From contig JBGUPL010000013.1 in assembly GCA_045130275.1 (NCBI GenBank), positions 3,900-67,899 of the forward strand: 64,000 nucleotides of DNA. Reading direction: 5' to 3'. The translations under genes were made by a program, and so were the position numbers. This document shows, piece after piece, positions 1 through 9,310 of the stretch. Numbering within the stretch: position 1 is the stretch's first letter; each line of letters opens with the position of its first letter. The notes under the pieces were generated by a model, which searched no databases, was not told the origin of the DNA, and worked only from the letters and a program-made list of their open reading frames with translations. The DNA is from Bacteroidales bacterium. GTDB lineage: Bacteria; Bacteroidota; Bacteroidia; Bacteroidales; WCHB1-69.

Positions 1-1
1 C

Positions 2-475
2 GACCGGTTCAAAATGACCGTCAATGTGGACTACGGGACCAAAGTCCTGGCCGAGCAGCAGGCCGTACTCGACAACATCGAGAATTTTGTTCCGGATGTC
101 TATAACTGCCGCACTTTCGTGTTCTTGGATGAACTGCAGTTCCTGATTCAGAACAATCTGGCACGAGGCGGAGACCTTGACAATGCCATCGTTTTCGTTG
201 ACAAGGTGCCCGACAACAAGGTGCTGAACGCCCTCGGGGACTTCTTCCACAAGAAAGACATCACCGTCACCCCCGACCACATCTTGAATAACACTCATCT
301 CCGCCACCCCAATGAGCCGGCGCGCCACAAGCTGCTCGACCTCATCGGAGACCTTTATTTATTAGGGGTTCCGTTGCGCGCGGAGATCATCGCGAACCGC
401 CCCGGTCACTTCGCCAACACCTCCTTCGCAAAAAAAATATTGGAGAGTTGTAACTTTTTGATACAACCTGCGTAA
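2..475 (+). CDS. lpxC: UDP-3-O-acyl-N-acetylglucosamine deacetylase (LpxC), C-terminal part; the 5' end lies outside the window
   Basis: The frame is open from the window edge (same frame as ORF 14..475). It carries the LpxC signature RHKLLDLIGDLYLLG and a late NRPGH motif. The protein ends about 25 codons later with no FabZ-like extension. Confidence 0.8.
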   Translation, partial: DRFKMTVNVDYGTKVLAEQQAVLDNIENFVPDVYNCRTFVFLDELQFLIQNNLARGGDLDNAIVFVDKVPDNKVLNALGDFFHKKDITVTPDHILNNTHLRHPNEPARHKLLDLIGDLYLLGVPLRAEIIANRPGHFANTSFAKKILESCNFLIQPA

Positions 476-531
476 GAGTAAAATGATTATGAATTAATTT
501 TCATTGTCTTACATAGGTTAATGGTTTTGGA

Positions 532-559
532 CAGCGGTATGAACTACCGCTGTTTTTTT
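532..559 (+). terminator. Rho-independent terminator after lpxC
   Basis: Stem cagcggt / accgctg (532-538 / 546-552) followed by a T7 run. Confidence 0.5.
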
Positions 560-568
560 AAAATAATA

Positions 569-593
569 TTGGGGCGTATGCGATACGCCCCAA
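569..593 (-). terminator. Hairpin downstream of the NRPS gene
   Basis: Near-perfect palindrome ttggggcgtat-gcg-atacgccccaa, 12 nt past the NRPS stop. A T-rich tract follows it on the minus strand. Confidence 0.4.
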
Positions 594-604
594 CAGTTCT
601 CAAA

Positions 605-3600
605 CTAATCGAAGAATCCCAGTCCGCTGATAGCGCTCAACATGCGATCCACATAATCCCACGTGGTGGGCGACCATTTGAAGCCCAAACGATAGAGCAC
701 TTGCGTGGTGTACAGGTTGCTTATAGGCACTTCTGAAACTTTCATGCCGTGAGCCATATCCTGGTAAGCGAGCAGGCTGGAAAGCGTTTTGGCCTTTTGT
801 GGGTCATTGCCCGCACTCTCTACGGTAGAATTGTACTCCTCATCTTCCACAAGACGGATGTCCGTGCCCAGCTTGTTGAATCCGCTGAGAACGTCGCCGA
901 GGAACTGCGTGTGGCTGTTGTAGGAATGGAACAGGCAGCAATCCTTGGGAGTGGAACTGAGCAGGATGATGGTGTGCGCCACCTCATCGATGGGCGAGAA
1001 TTCCACCTTGTTTTCGTACAATGAATAGGGGAAACAGCCTAACATGTTGAAGACTTTGATGCGCCCCATGAAGGAGTTGGTGGAGAAGTTGATTTGGAAC
1101 TCACCGTCGCTGGTACGCGCCGCCAAGTTACCGACACGGATCACCTTGGCCGACAATCCTTTATCAACAATGGATTGCAGCACAATGCGTTCTGCCAAGA
1201 ATTTGGAATGGAGGTACTGGTTTCCGAGATATTGTCCGTCGAAGAGTCTTTGCTCGGTGAAAACGTAATCGGGTGCCATGGTGTCGTTGACATTGAGGCC
1301 ACTGGTGCTGTACGTGGAAATGTGTACCAAACGTGCGCCGGTCTTCAGACAGAGGTCAACACAACGTTGCGCACCACCCACATTCACATCTTCGATCTCC
1401 GTGCCTTCGCTGAAGTGTTTCACCACTGCGGCGCAATTGAACACCGTGTCGATTTTCACTTGAACAAGGTTGGTCAGGTCGTTGGTGACATCTCCAAGAA
1501 GAATGTGGAGGCGGTTGCCGAAGAGTTCGTCGTAGGTGGATTCGAAATAGTAGAACAGGAGGGTCTTCAGCCTGTGCTCAGCGGCTTCCATGTCCTTGTC
1601 GCGCACCAGACAGTAAATGTTCTCCGCATCCGACTGGATCAGTTCCTGCAGAATGTGAATGCCCAGGTAACCCGTGGCACCTGTGAGCAGTACATTGCCC
1701 AAAGATTGGCACTCACCTTTTCGGAAGCTATCCAATATATTGTTGCTCAACAAGTTGTTAATGCCAGAATAGTCGAATTTGGTGATATCGTCATCGTCTG
1801 TGGCGACAACCGTATTGCCCGAAACGAGCGCCGCAAGCTTTCTCGGGGTGGCATTGGCAAAAACATCGCCGTAGGCCACGTGCATTCCCGCCTTGTCGGC
1901 TTCGATGATGACACGAGTCACCATGAGCGAGGTGCCGCCGAGGTCGAAGAAGCTGTCGTTGGCACCGATCTTGTCCATGGCAAGAATCTCGCTGAAGATG
2001 CGGCAGAAGAGCGCTTCCGTGTCGTTGGCCGGTGCCACGTATTCGCGGTCGGAGGCCTGCATGAGGGGCGTCGGCAGCGCCTTGCGGTTCACCTTTTGGT
2101 TCTGGTTCAGCGGAATTCTGTCGATCTGCATCGTGGAGGCGGGAATCATGTACGGAGGTTTCCGCTCGCCGATGAAGTCGTTGAGCGCCTTGATGTCCAC
2201 CTGCTGGTCACTGACGATGTAGGCGGCGATGAACTTTCCACCATTCTCGTAATCAAAGGCTTGCACGGTGGCATCCTTGATACCCGGGAACTGGCGAATC
2301 ACGGCTTCCACCTCCTTGAGTTCGATGCGGAATCCGCGAATCTTCACCTGACCGTCTTTACGTCCCACAAACTGGATGTTGCCGTCGGGGAGGTAACGCA
2401 CGATGTCGCCGGTGCGGTAGACGCGGGCGTGTTTCGGGTCGTCGCTGAACGGATTCTTCAGGTAGGTTTCAGCGTTTTTCTCAGGACGGTTCAAATAGCC
2501 GCGACTCACCTGGGGACCGCTCACCCACAATTCGCCGGCCGCCCCGGGAGGCAATCTGTTAAACTGTTTGTCAACTATATAGAGCCTCAGATTGTCCAGC
2601 GGCTTACCGATGGGAATGTCCAACTCATAATCCTTCACCCAATAGTTGGTGGTGAAGATAGTGCACTCTGTCGGACCATAGCCGTTGTACATCTTGTAGT
2701 TTGTCGGAGGATTGAGGGCGGACAACTTCTCACCGCCCACTGCGAAACAGCGCAACGAGTGGTTCTCCACATTCGTCACAAACTGATAACCCACTTGAGT
2801 GGTGATGAACGAATGGGTGATGCCCTGCGTGTTGAAATAATTGTTGAGGTCGGGCAAATTGAGTCGTATGTCTTCCCCGATAATGTGGACGCAGGCACCG
2901 CACGTCAAGGCAGGATAGAGATCCATCATGCAGGCGTCGAAACCATAGCTGGCATACGCCGCCACCTTGTCAGCCGCCGTCAACCCATAGTGCCGCTGAT
3001 ACCAATGGCAGAAGGCCACTATGTTGCCGTGCTCCAGCTGACAGCCTTTCGGTGTGCCGGTCGAACCGGAAGTGTAGAGCATGATGAAAAGGCTTGACGG
3101 AGTGATGTCAGCCTTCACAGGAACCACCGCCGGCAGTTTGTCAATGTCTTTGGTCAACAGCACGATGCCGTGATATTCATCCACGATGGGACGCAACTCT
3201 TCATCGGCAATGAGCAGTTTGGCATTGGCGTCTTGCATCATGAAGTTCAGGCGTTCAGCGGGATAGCTCGGATCCAGAGGCTGGTAGGCGCATCCGGCCT
3301 TCAATACGCCTAACGAAACGATGGCCATCCATTCGCAGCGCGGAATCAACACCGAAACAATATCTTCGTTTTTAAGACCTTGCGCGACAATGTAACCTGC
3401 GATGCGCTCCGAGATCTCATCCACCTCGCGATAAGTGTATTTATGGTCGTGATAAACAACAGCAAGATTGTCAGGTGTTTGCTCCACTTGGTGACGGAAA
3501 AGCGAAACGATAGTCTGGGTGTCGTCATAGGGCACATCCGTCTGGTTGAAGCTGTCGAGCAAAGCGGTTTGTCCGGCATCCAGCAAAGAGACCTGCTGCA

Positions 3601-6600
3601 ACGCCATCTCGGGATGATGGATGAAAGCCTCAGCCGCAGTGCAAACCGACTGCGCCAGACTTTGCATCAGCTCGTGGCTGTAGCGACCATTGTCATATTC
3701 GACCACCACACCCGGCACGCCTTCTTTCTCTTGAATGTAGAAAGCGATGCGGAACTTCGGTATATTCAGCTCAAGAGACTCTATTTCAAGCTTTTGACCG
3801 TTGATTAGATATTGGTCTATCACTCCCATCTGATAGGCGAACATGATTTCGGCCGACAAGTCGTAATCGGCAGCGATCTGCGCGAAAGGATACTTTTCGT
3901 GAGTCAAAGTCTCGTCAAAGTGCTGGCTGGTCTCATTCAGGAAGTCCATCACCTTTTGATTGCCAATCTGGGCACTCAAGGCCAACGTGTTGACGAACAT
4001 GCCCGTAGTATTGCTTATGCGCAGATCGGAACGGCCGTTGCTGATGGTGGTGATGCAAATCTGCTCGTTGTTGGTGAAACGTGAGAGCGCATAGAAAACC
4101 GCCGCCAGGGTAAGGTGCGCAGGCGAGAGGTTGTTCTTCTTGCAGAATTCCTCCATCGCGTCGAAGTCCATCTTGCAGAAGACTTCGCTGACAGTACCTT
4201 GCTCCAACGGATTGGTCAAGTCGGCTGACACTTCAGTGGCCCCTTCCACATTGCCCAAACGCTGGTTGAAGAACTCCTTAGCCTCGATGTAACTCGACGT
4301 GCTTTCAGCCGCTTTCTCATCGACAACAAAACCGGCATAGCTGATGGCTTCAGCCTCGATTTCCTTGCCGTTCATCAAGTCGCACAACTGGTTCAGGAAC
4401 AGGTCGAGGGAACCGCCGTCGAAAATCAAGTGATGCACATCCGCCAAGAGGCAAACGTTTCGCTCGGTGGTGACGATTTCCATTCGGTACAACGGTCCTT
4501 GTCTCAGGTTGAAAGGTCTTACGAACTCCACCTTGTATTTCTCCAATTCCGCCTCGCTCAACTGACTCTTTGTAAGGGCAAGAGGTTGAGTTGTGTCAAC
4601 AATTTGCACGATTTCGCCAGCTTCGCTGTCAAAATGCACAAAAAACTGCGGGTGTGCCTTGATGAGGGTCTCGATGGACTTTTCAAGCAACTGCACATCG
4701 GTGTCTTTGGGGAGACGAATAAGGGTTGGGATGTTGTACACCGTGGAGGTGGGCTGCTTCATGCAATCGACATATACGCCCATCTGCGCGTAGGACAACG
4801 GAACATTATTTAGTTGAGAGTTAAGAGTTGAGAGTTGAGAGTTGTCGGTATTTGAAACAGTTTGGTTGGTGGCAGGAGCATTGAGGAGTTTGTTAAGAAT
4901 CTCATTCTCAATTGTTTGAATATTTCCTGCCTTAACTAAGGATTTGGAATCCACGGTGATACCGTATTTTTTGTTCAGCTGCACGGCCAGTTTGATGGCG
5001 GAGATGGAGGTAAGTCCAACGTAGCCGAGCACGGTGGTCACGCCAAAGTCTTTGGTGCCCACGATGCCCGCCACGATTTCGTGCAGTTCCTCTTCGAGGA
5101 TGTTCATCGGCACATGGCTTTCCTCCACGGTTTCCGCCTTTTTCTCGGGTCTCGGCAGGGCCTTCTTGTTGACCTTCTGATTCTGATTGAGCGGAATGCG
5201 GTCGATTTGCATCGTCACAGCAGGCACCATGTAAGGCGGTTTCTCATCCATGATGAAGTTGTTAAGGGCTTCGATGTCAATCTTCTCATCAGCAACAATA
5301 TAAGCTGCAATGAACTTGCCGCCGCCCTCTTCGTCAAAGGCTTGCACGGTGACATCCTTGATGCCTGGATACTGGCGGATGATAGCCTCTACTTCCGTGA
5401 GCTCGATGCGGAAACCGCGAACCTTCACCTGTGCGTCGCGACGGCCCACAAACTGGACGTTTCCATCAGGCAGGTAACGCACGATGTCGCCGGTGCGGTA
5501 GCAGCGACCCCAAGGGGTCTCCACGAAAGCCTCGGCAGTCTTCTCCGGACGATTCAGATAGCCTCGTCCCACTTGAGGGCCATTGACCCATAGCTCGCCG
5601 GCAGCGCCCACAGGTAACCTATGCCCGCATGCGTCCATAATGTACAGATGCATATTCTCCACAGCCTTTCCTATGGGGATATTCTGCAATTTCTCCTTGA
5701 CAGCAAATGCCGTCACATAACAGATACTCTCTGAAGGACCATAGCCGTTCAGGAACAAGTAGGGAGGAGGCGTGACATCCGCCAGTTTCTCACCGCCGGT
5801 GATAAAGGCCTTCAAGGAGTGATTGGCGATATCGTTGACAAATGAGCGGGCCACCTGTGTCGTCATGAACGTATGGGTGATGCCGTTCTGCTCAAAATAG
5901 TCGTTAAGCGCGAGGAGGTCAAGACGTATCTCCTCAGGAATGATATAGACGGTAGCACCCACTATGAGCGGCGGCCATAACTCAAGCAAACAAGCATCAA
6001 AACCGAAACTAGCATACGCTCCTATGTGACTATCCGCTTCTACATGCAGGGCATGTCGGTGCATGTGACTGAACGCCACCATATTCCGATGTTCGAGTTG
6101 ACATCCCTTGGGTACGCCTGTAGAGCCACTGGTGTAGATTAGCGTAAAGAGGCTCTCGGGCTTGGGTCCATCAAATGCATTGGATTCCTTCAGGTTCTTA
6201 ATGTCTTTCGTAAGCAGCACTTCACCCTTGTATTCATCCAAGATGGAACAAAGTTCCTCGTCGGCAATCAACAGTTTGGAAGCCGTATCCTGCATCATGA
6301 AGTTCAGGCGCTCCTTCGGATAGGTGGGGTCCAACGGCTGATAAGCACATCCTGCCTTCAGCACACCCAGCGAGGCAATGGCCATCCATTCTGAACGGGC
6401 TATCAGAATGGCCACCACATCCTCAAGTCCCAATCCTTTCGATGCAATATAACTTGCAATGCGGTCACTGATTTCATCCACCTCGGCGTATGTAAACCGC
6501 TTGTCCTTGAAGACCACAGCCGTCTTGTCGGGCGTTGCTTTGGCTTGACGGCGGAACAGCGATACGATGGTCTGCGTGTCGTCGTATGGATTATCGGTCT

Positions 6601-7873
6601 CGTTGAAACTGTCAAGCAAGTCGCACTGGCTCTTGGTGCAGATGTCAATGTCGCGCAGGAGGGTTTGGCTTAGAAAGCCCTCCAGAACCGCCTCATAACT
6701 CTCCATAAATTGGTCAATCAGCGTCTCGGAATATTCGTTGGAGCTGTATTCCGCTCTGATATGATATTTTTTGCCGACATAGAAAGCCATCAAATAAAGC
6801 GACACTCCCTCGTTGTGCTTGCGGAGCTGTATGGCCTCCATCGGTTTGCCCATCAGTTCGGTATAATCAAGTAAGAGGCCGTGCCATGCAAAGGTGGTGT
6901 TGATTTGCAGATTAAGGTCCGTCATCATGTCGGTATAGGAATAGAGATCGTGCTTGCGGCAGCCGATCATCTGTTCCTCGCCGGCTTTCAGGAAGTCTAG
7001 CACGGTGGTCTCTTCCGTGAACTTGGCGTAAACGGGCAACGTCTTCACAGTCATGCCAACGGAATGTTGGAATTTCCGTTCGGTGCGGCCGTTGAAGACC
7101 GTGGCGAACAGCGATTCATGCTCGTTGTTGTACTTGGCCAGCAGGAAGGAGTAGGCCGACGTGAAGAAAGTGCTTTTTTTGATGCCGTTGGTCTTGCAGA
7201 AAGCATCCACCCGATCCATGTCGGTGTCGAGAATGCGGAGTTTATTGGCGTCCGTGTGTTCGGGGATCTCCAAATCGGGCATAAGCTGGGTGAACGTGTC
7301 GCCGCAATCGAAGTTTTGGGCATACCACTGTTTGCCCTCTTCGAAGGCAGGTGTTTTGCGCATCTCAACTTCAGCAAGGGCAAGTTCCTGCATCGACATC
7401 TCCTCGGGGGCAAGCTCGACACCATTGTAAGCTTTTTCCACATCGTAAGTGATGATGTTGTACGAGGTGCCGTCGCTGATGATATGGTGCATGTCGAAGA
7501 GCCAATAAACATGTTCCTCGTCGCGCATCACTTTCGTATGAAACAGTCTGCCGCCAATGAGTTTGTAAGGCACGATGAATTTTTGCTTCTCGGCCTCGAT
7601 GTCCGTGAACGGCTCGACAGCAAGGCTGAAATCATCCCTTTCCTTAGTGTCAACGGATTGGACAGGTTCGCCTTCTTCATTCACCTCAATCCGGGTGAAA
7701 AAAACGGGATGCGCCTTTATCGTCGCCTCAATGGCGCGGCACAAACGGTCGGCATCGAGGCTGCCGTCAAAGACAAAAAGGAACGGGAGATTATAGAAGA
7801 CTTCATTCTCGTGCTCCATGCACTCGGCATAAATACCCAATTGCGATTGGGATAAAGGGGAAGTGTTTTTCAT
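605..7873 (-). CDS. Bimodular non-ribosomal peptide synthetase, C-A-T-C-A-T-R (terminal thioester reductase)
   Basis: 2422-aa ORF. C motifs: MHHIISDG (nt 7469-7489) and DVHHLIFDGGS. A motifs occur twice: LIYTSGSTGVPKG / MLYTSGSTGTPKG, GYGPSE / GYGPTE, YRTGD, GRxDxQVKIRGFRIEL and PLNQNQKVNxKALP. Carrier-protein serines sit in YVGLTSISA and FFDLGGTSLMV. The R domain has LLTGATGYLG (Rossmann) and YLHSK (YxxxK). Approximate domain coordinates in nt: C1 6580-7873, A1 5150-6575, T1 4888-5101, C2 3520-4800, A2 2068-3515, T2 1814-2047, R 608-1702. Confidence 0.95.
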   Translation of the reverse strand: MKNTSPLSQSQLGIYAECMEHENEVFYNLPFLFVFDGSLDADRLCRAIEATIKAHPVFFTRIEVNEEGEPVQSVDTKERDDFSLAVEPFTDIEAEKQKFIVPYKLIGGRLFHTKVMRDEEHVYWLFDMHHIISDGTSYNIITYDVEKAYNGVELAPEEMSMQELALAEVEMRKTPAFEEGKQWYAQNFDCGDTFTQLMPDLEIPEHTDANKLRILDTDMDRVDAFCKTNGIKKSTFFTSAYSFLLAKYNNEHESLFATVFNGRTERKFQHSVGMTVKTLPVYAKFTEETTVLDFLKAGEEQMIGCRKHDLYSYTDMMTDLNLQINTTFAWHGLLLDYTELMGKPMEAIQLRKHNEGVSLYLMAFYVGKKYHIRAEYSSNEYSETLIDQFMESYEAVLEGFLSQTLLRDIDICTKSQCDLLDSFNETDNPYDDTQTIVSLFRRQAKATPDKTAVVFKDKRFTYAEVDEISDRIASYIASKGLGLEDVVAILIARSEWMAIASLGVLKAGCAYQPLDPTYPKERLNFMMQDTASKLLIADEELCSILDEYKGEVLLTKDIKNLKESNAFDGPKPESLFTLIYTSGSTGVPKGCQLEHRNMVAFSHMHRHALHVEADSHIGAYASFGFDACLLELWPPLIVGATVYIIPEEIRLDLLALNDYFEQNGITHTFMTTQVARSFVNDIANHSLKAFITGGEKLADVTPPPYLFLNGYGPSESICYVTAFAVKEKLQNIPIGKAVENMHLYIMDACGHRLPVGAAGELWVNGPQVGRGYLNRPEKTAEAFVETPWGRCYRTGDIVRYLPDGNVQFVGRRDAQVKVRGFRIELTEVEAIIRQYPGIKDVTVQAFDEEGGGKFIAAYIVADEKIDIEALNNFIMDEKPPYMVPAVTMQIDRIPLNQNQKVNKKALPRPEKKAETVEESHVPMNILEEELHEIVAGIVGTKDFGVTTVLGYVGLTSISAIKLAVQLNKKYGITVDSKSLVKAGNIQTIENEILNKLLNAPATNQTVSNTDNSQLSTLNSQLNNVPLSYAQMGVYVDCMKQPTSTVYNIPTLIRLPKDTDVQLLEKSIETLIKAHPQFFVHFDSEAGEIVQIVDTTQPLALTKSQLSEAELEKYKVEFVRPFNLRQGPLYRMEIVTTERNVCLLADVHHLIFDGGSLDLFLNQLCDLMNGKEIEAEAISYAGFVVDEKAAESTSSYIEAKEFFNQRLGNVEGATEVSADLTNPLEQGTVSEVFCKMDFDAMEEFCKKNNLSPAHLTLAAVFYALSRFTNNEQICITTISNGRSDLRISNTTGMFVNTLALSAQIGNQKVMDFLNETSQHFDETLTHEKYPFAQIAADYDLSAEIMFAYQMGVIDQYLINGQKLEIESLELNIPKFRIAFYIQEKEGVPGVVVEYDNGRYSHELMQSLAQSVCTAAEAFIHHPEMALQQVSLLDAGQTALLDSFNQTDVPYDDTQTIVSLFRHQVEQTPDNLAVVYHDHKYTYREVDEISERIAGYIVAQGLKNEDIVSVLIPRCEWMAIVSLGVLKAGCAYQPLDPSYPAERLNFMMQDANAKLLIADEELRPIVDEYHGIVLLTKDIDKLPAVVPVKADITPSSLFIMLYTSGSTGTPKGCQLEHGNIVAFCHWYQRHYGLTAADKVAAYASYGFDACMMDLYPALTCGACVHIIGEDIRLNLPDLNNYFNTQGITHSFITTQVGYQFVTNVENHSLRCFAVGGEKLSALNPPTNYKMYNGYGPTECTIFTTNYWVKDYELDIPIGKPLDNLRLYIVDKQFNRLPPGAAGELWVSGPQVSRGYLNRPEKNAETYLKNPFSDDPKHARVYRTGDIVRYLPDGNIQFVGRKDGQVKIRGFRIELKEVEAVIRQFPGIKDATVQAFDYENGGKFIAAYIVSDQQVDIKALNDFIGERKPPYMIPASTMQIDRIPLNQNQKVNRKALPTPLMQASDREYVAPANDTEALFCRIFSEILAMDKIGANDSFFDLGGTSLMVTRVIIEADKAGMHVAYGDVFANATPRKLAALVSGNTVVATDDDDITKFDYSGINNLLSNNILDSFRKGECQSLGNVLLTGATGYLGIHILQELIQSDAENIYCLVRDKDMEAAEHRLKTLLFYYFESTYDELFGNRLHILLGDVTNDLTNLVQVKIDTVFNCAAVVKHFSEGTEIEDVNVGGAQRCVDLCLKTGARLVHISTYSTSGLNVNDTMAPDYVFTEQRLFDGQYLGNQYLHSKFLAERIVLQSIVDKGLSAKVIRVGNLAARTSDGEFQINFSTNSFMGRIKVFNMLGCFPYSLYENKVEFSPIDEVAHTIILLSSTPKDCCLFHSYNSHTQFLGDVLSGFNKLGTDIRLVEDEEYNSTVESAGNDPQKAKTLSSLLAYQDMAHGMKVSEVPISNLYTTQVLYRLGFKWSPTTWDYVDRMLSAISGLGFFD
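4813..4844. repeat. Heptanucleotide tandem array (GTTGAGA/GTTAAGA, about 4.5 units) inside the NRPS T1-C2 linker
   Basis: Direct reading gives gttgaga gttaaga gttgaga gttgaga gttg. On the coding strand this encodes NSQLSTLNSQLN. Confidence 0.9.
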
Positions 7874-7923
7874 ATCTTTTTTGTTTCTCTATTTATTGCT
7901 ATTCAATTATTAGGTTCGGCTAA

Positions 7924-7950
7924 CAGCCAATAGCCAACGACCAATAGCTA
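7924..7950. repeat. Short heptamer array (GCCAATA/GCCAACG/ACCAATA) in the porin-NRPS spacer
   Basis: Three to four imperfect 7-nt units overlapping the porin stop codon. This is the reverse complement of the GCTATTG family seen at 41374-41444. Confidence 0.6.
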
Positions 7951-9291
7951 TTGTTTTTTCTTGTCATTCCACGGCAAGGTGAATATCGTCGGGTTGACAG
8001 TCAACATCACCCACCCCCAGTGCAATCGGCGGGTTTGGGAGACCTGTTGGAGAATCTCCATCGTCTCTGTGCCTTGCATGTAGGAATATCCTGCCGACAC
8101 CCTGACAAATTTCGCGAACGAATAGCCCACATTGATCACGAATTCATGACCCAACGATTTTTTCAGTTTGTTAAGATCGGCTGAAATGGCGTAGTAATGA
8201 TAGGCAGCGTCGATTCTCAGGCCTCTGACGGGATTGACGACGCCTCCGGCATAGAGGTTCTGCAAGCCAGGGGAGAAATTGTTCAAATAATTGTCCATAT
8301 AGAAGAAATCCATGGCACCATAGAATTCGTGGTGCGAGCCGAACAACGGGCAGAATGCCCGCGCCTTTTCGTGGAATATGAGGCCGAATCCTCCGTTAAT
8401 CCTGACGGGGAATTGATCACCGCTCAGGTAATCATATCCGGCAAAGAGGGTGTATATTTTGCTGGGCGTAACCTGAAGCTTCGCACTTCCCATGAAAGCG
8501 TCCAGCTTCATTGCGTTTTCCTCTTTTCCCATCTGATAATAGAAAGAGCCTTCCAATGTCACAATGCTGGGTTTCAATTTCACGTAGGCGCCGAACAGTT
8601 GCTGAAAGAAGGTTGTATCCGGAAAATTGGAGTTCTTGCTCTGAACCCCGATATTCATGCCAAGCAGGGACATCCCGAACAGTGACTTCGGCGTCTCGTA
8701 GTGATACCAAAGAGTCTGCATGGTCTTGTAAGGCTGGATTCCGCCGGCATAGTAAGTGGTACCTTGTGAAATGTTTTCCGAATTCTGGTTGTAGGCGAGG
8801 AGGATGTGCAGTTTGTGGCCATGACCTTCGTAGCCTAATTTCAGCGCATCGTGGGTGGGCGCAGTCATCGTCCAGTCATCGTAACCCAGGATACGCTCGT
8901 CATCGTATTCCAACGTCTGACGGCCGAGCTTTGCGAAAAGCCCTGTCTTTGTGTGTCTCATCGAGAGCCAACCCTCGGAAAGACTCAGGTTGCCACCGGC
9001 TTGTCCCCAAACCCCGGAAAACTGAGGCGAAAGCCTCAATTCGAACCAGTCGGCCCGTTTGTATCCGAGGTTAAGCCTGTACTGTCCCATGATGAAGTGG
9101 GACATCCGCTCCTTCTCGTTTTCTTCCTCGTCATCCGGATTGAAACCTCCGACACGGATTTCCCCACGGGTGTTGATTTTGGCGTCAATGGTGAATTCGT
9201 TGTCCGCCTCTTGCGCCTGCAGATTCAGGGCTGTCATCATTATCAAGGCTAAGAAGCACCAACGGAAGATTGAGTTAAGGTTTGTCTGCAT
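7948..9291 (-). CDS. Secreted outer-membrane beta-barrel (porin-like) protein; family not assignable by eye
   Basis: 447-aa ORF with the signal peptide MQTNLNSIFRWCFLALIMMTALNLQA|Q. The rest of the sequence has the alternating aromatic/Gly-rich strand pattern typical of OM barrels. It lies 74 nt upstream of the NRPS. Confidence 0.65.
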   Translation of the reverse strand: MQTNLNSIFRWCFLALIMMTALNLQAQEADNEFTIDAKINTRGEIRVGGFNPDDEEENEKERMSHFIMGQYRLNLGYKRADWFELRLSPQFSGVWGQAGGNLSLSEGWLSMRHTKTGLFAKLGRQTLEYDDERILGYDDWTMTAPTHDALKLGYEGHGHKLHILLAYNQNSENISQGTTYYAGGIQPYKTMQTLWYHYETPKSLFGMSLLGMNIGVQSKNSNFPDTTFFQQLFGAYVKLKPSIVTLEGSFYYQMGKEENAMKLDAFMGSAKLQVTPSKIYTLFAGYDYLSGDQFPVRINGGFGLIFHEKARAFCPLFGSHHEFYGAMDFFYMDNYLNNFSPGLQNLYAGGVVNPVRGLRIDAAYHYYAISADLNKLKKSLGHEFVINVGYSFAKFVRVSAGYSYMQGTETMEILQQVSQTRRLHWGWVMLTVNPTIFTLPWNDKKKQ

Positions 9292-9310
9292 ACGCTATAA
9301 TTTCAATTAT

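Noticed and set aside
1094-3097. Very long ORFs antisense to real genes. Examples: 1094-3097 opposite the NRPS, 12536-13639 opposite ABC-F, 17580-19025 opposite murE, 19271-21427 opposite ftsI, 24918-26246 opposite the radical SAM gene, 37026-39380 opposite purL, and 51133-52572 opposite the MORN/OstA-like genes.
   Set aside because: Their translations are low-complexity, rich in Arg/Gly/Val/His, and have no motifs. In every case the opposite strand carries a motif-rich, well-supported gene. Stop-poor antisense frames are expected with this codon bias.
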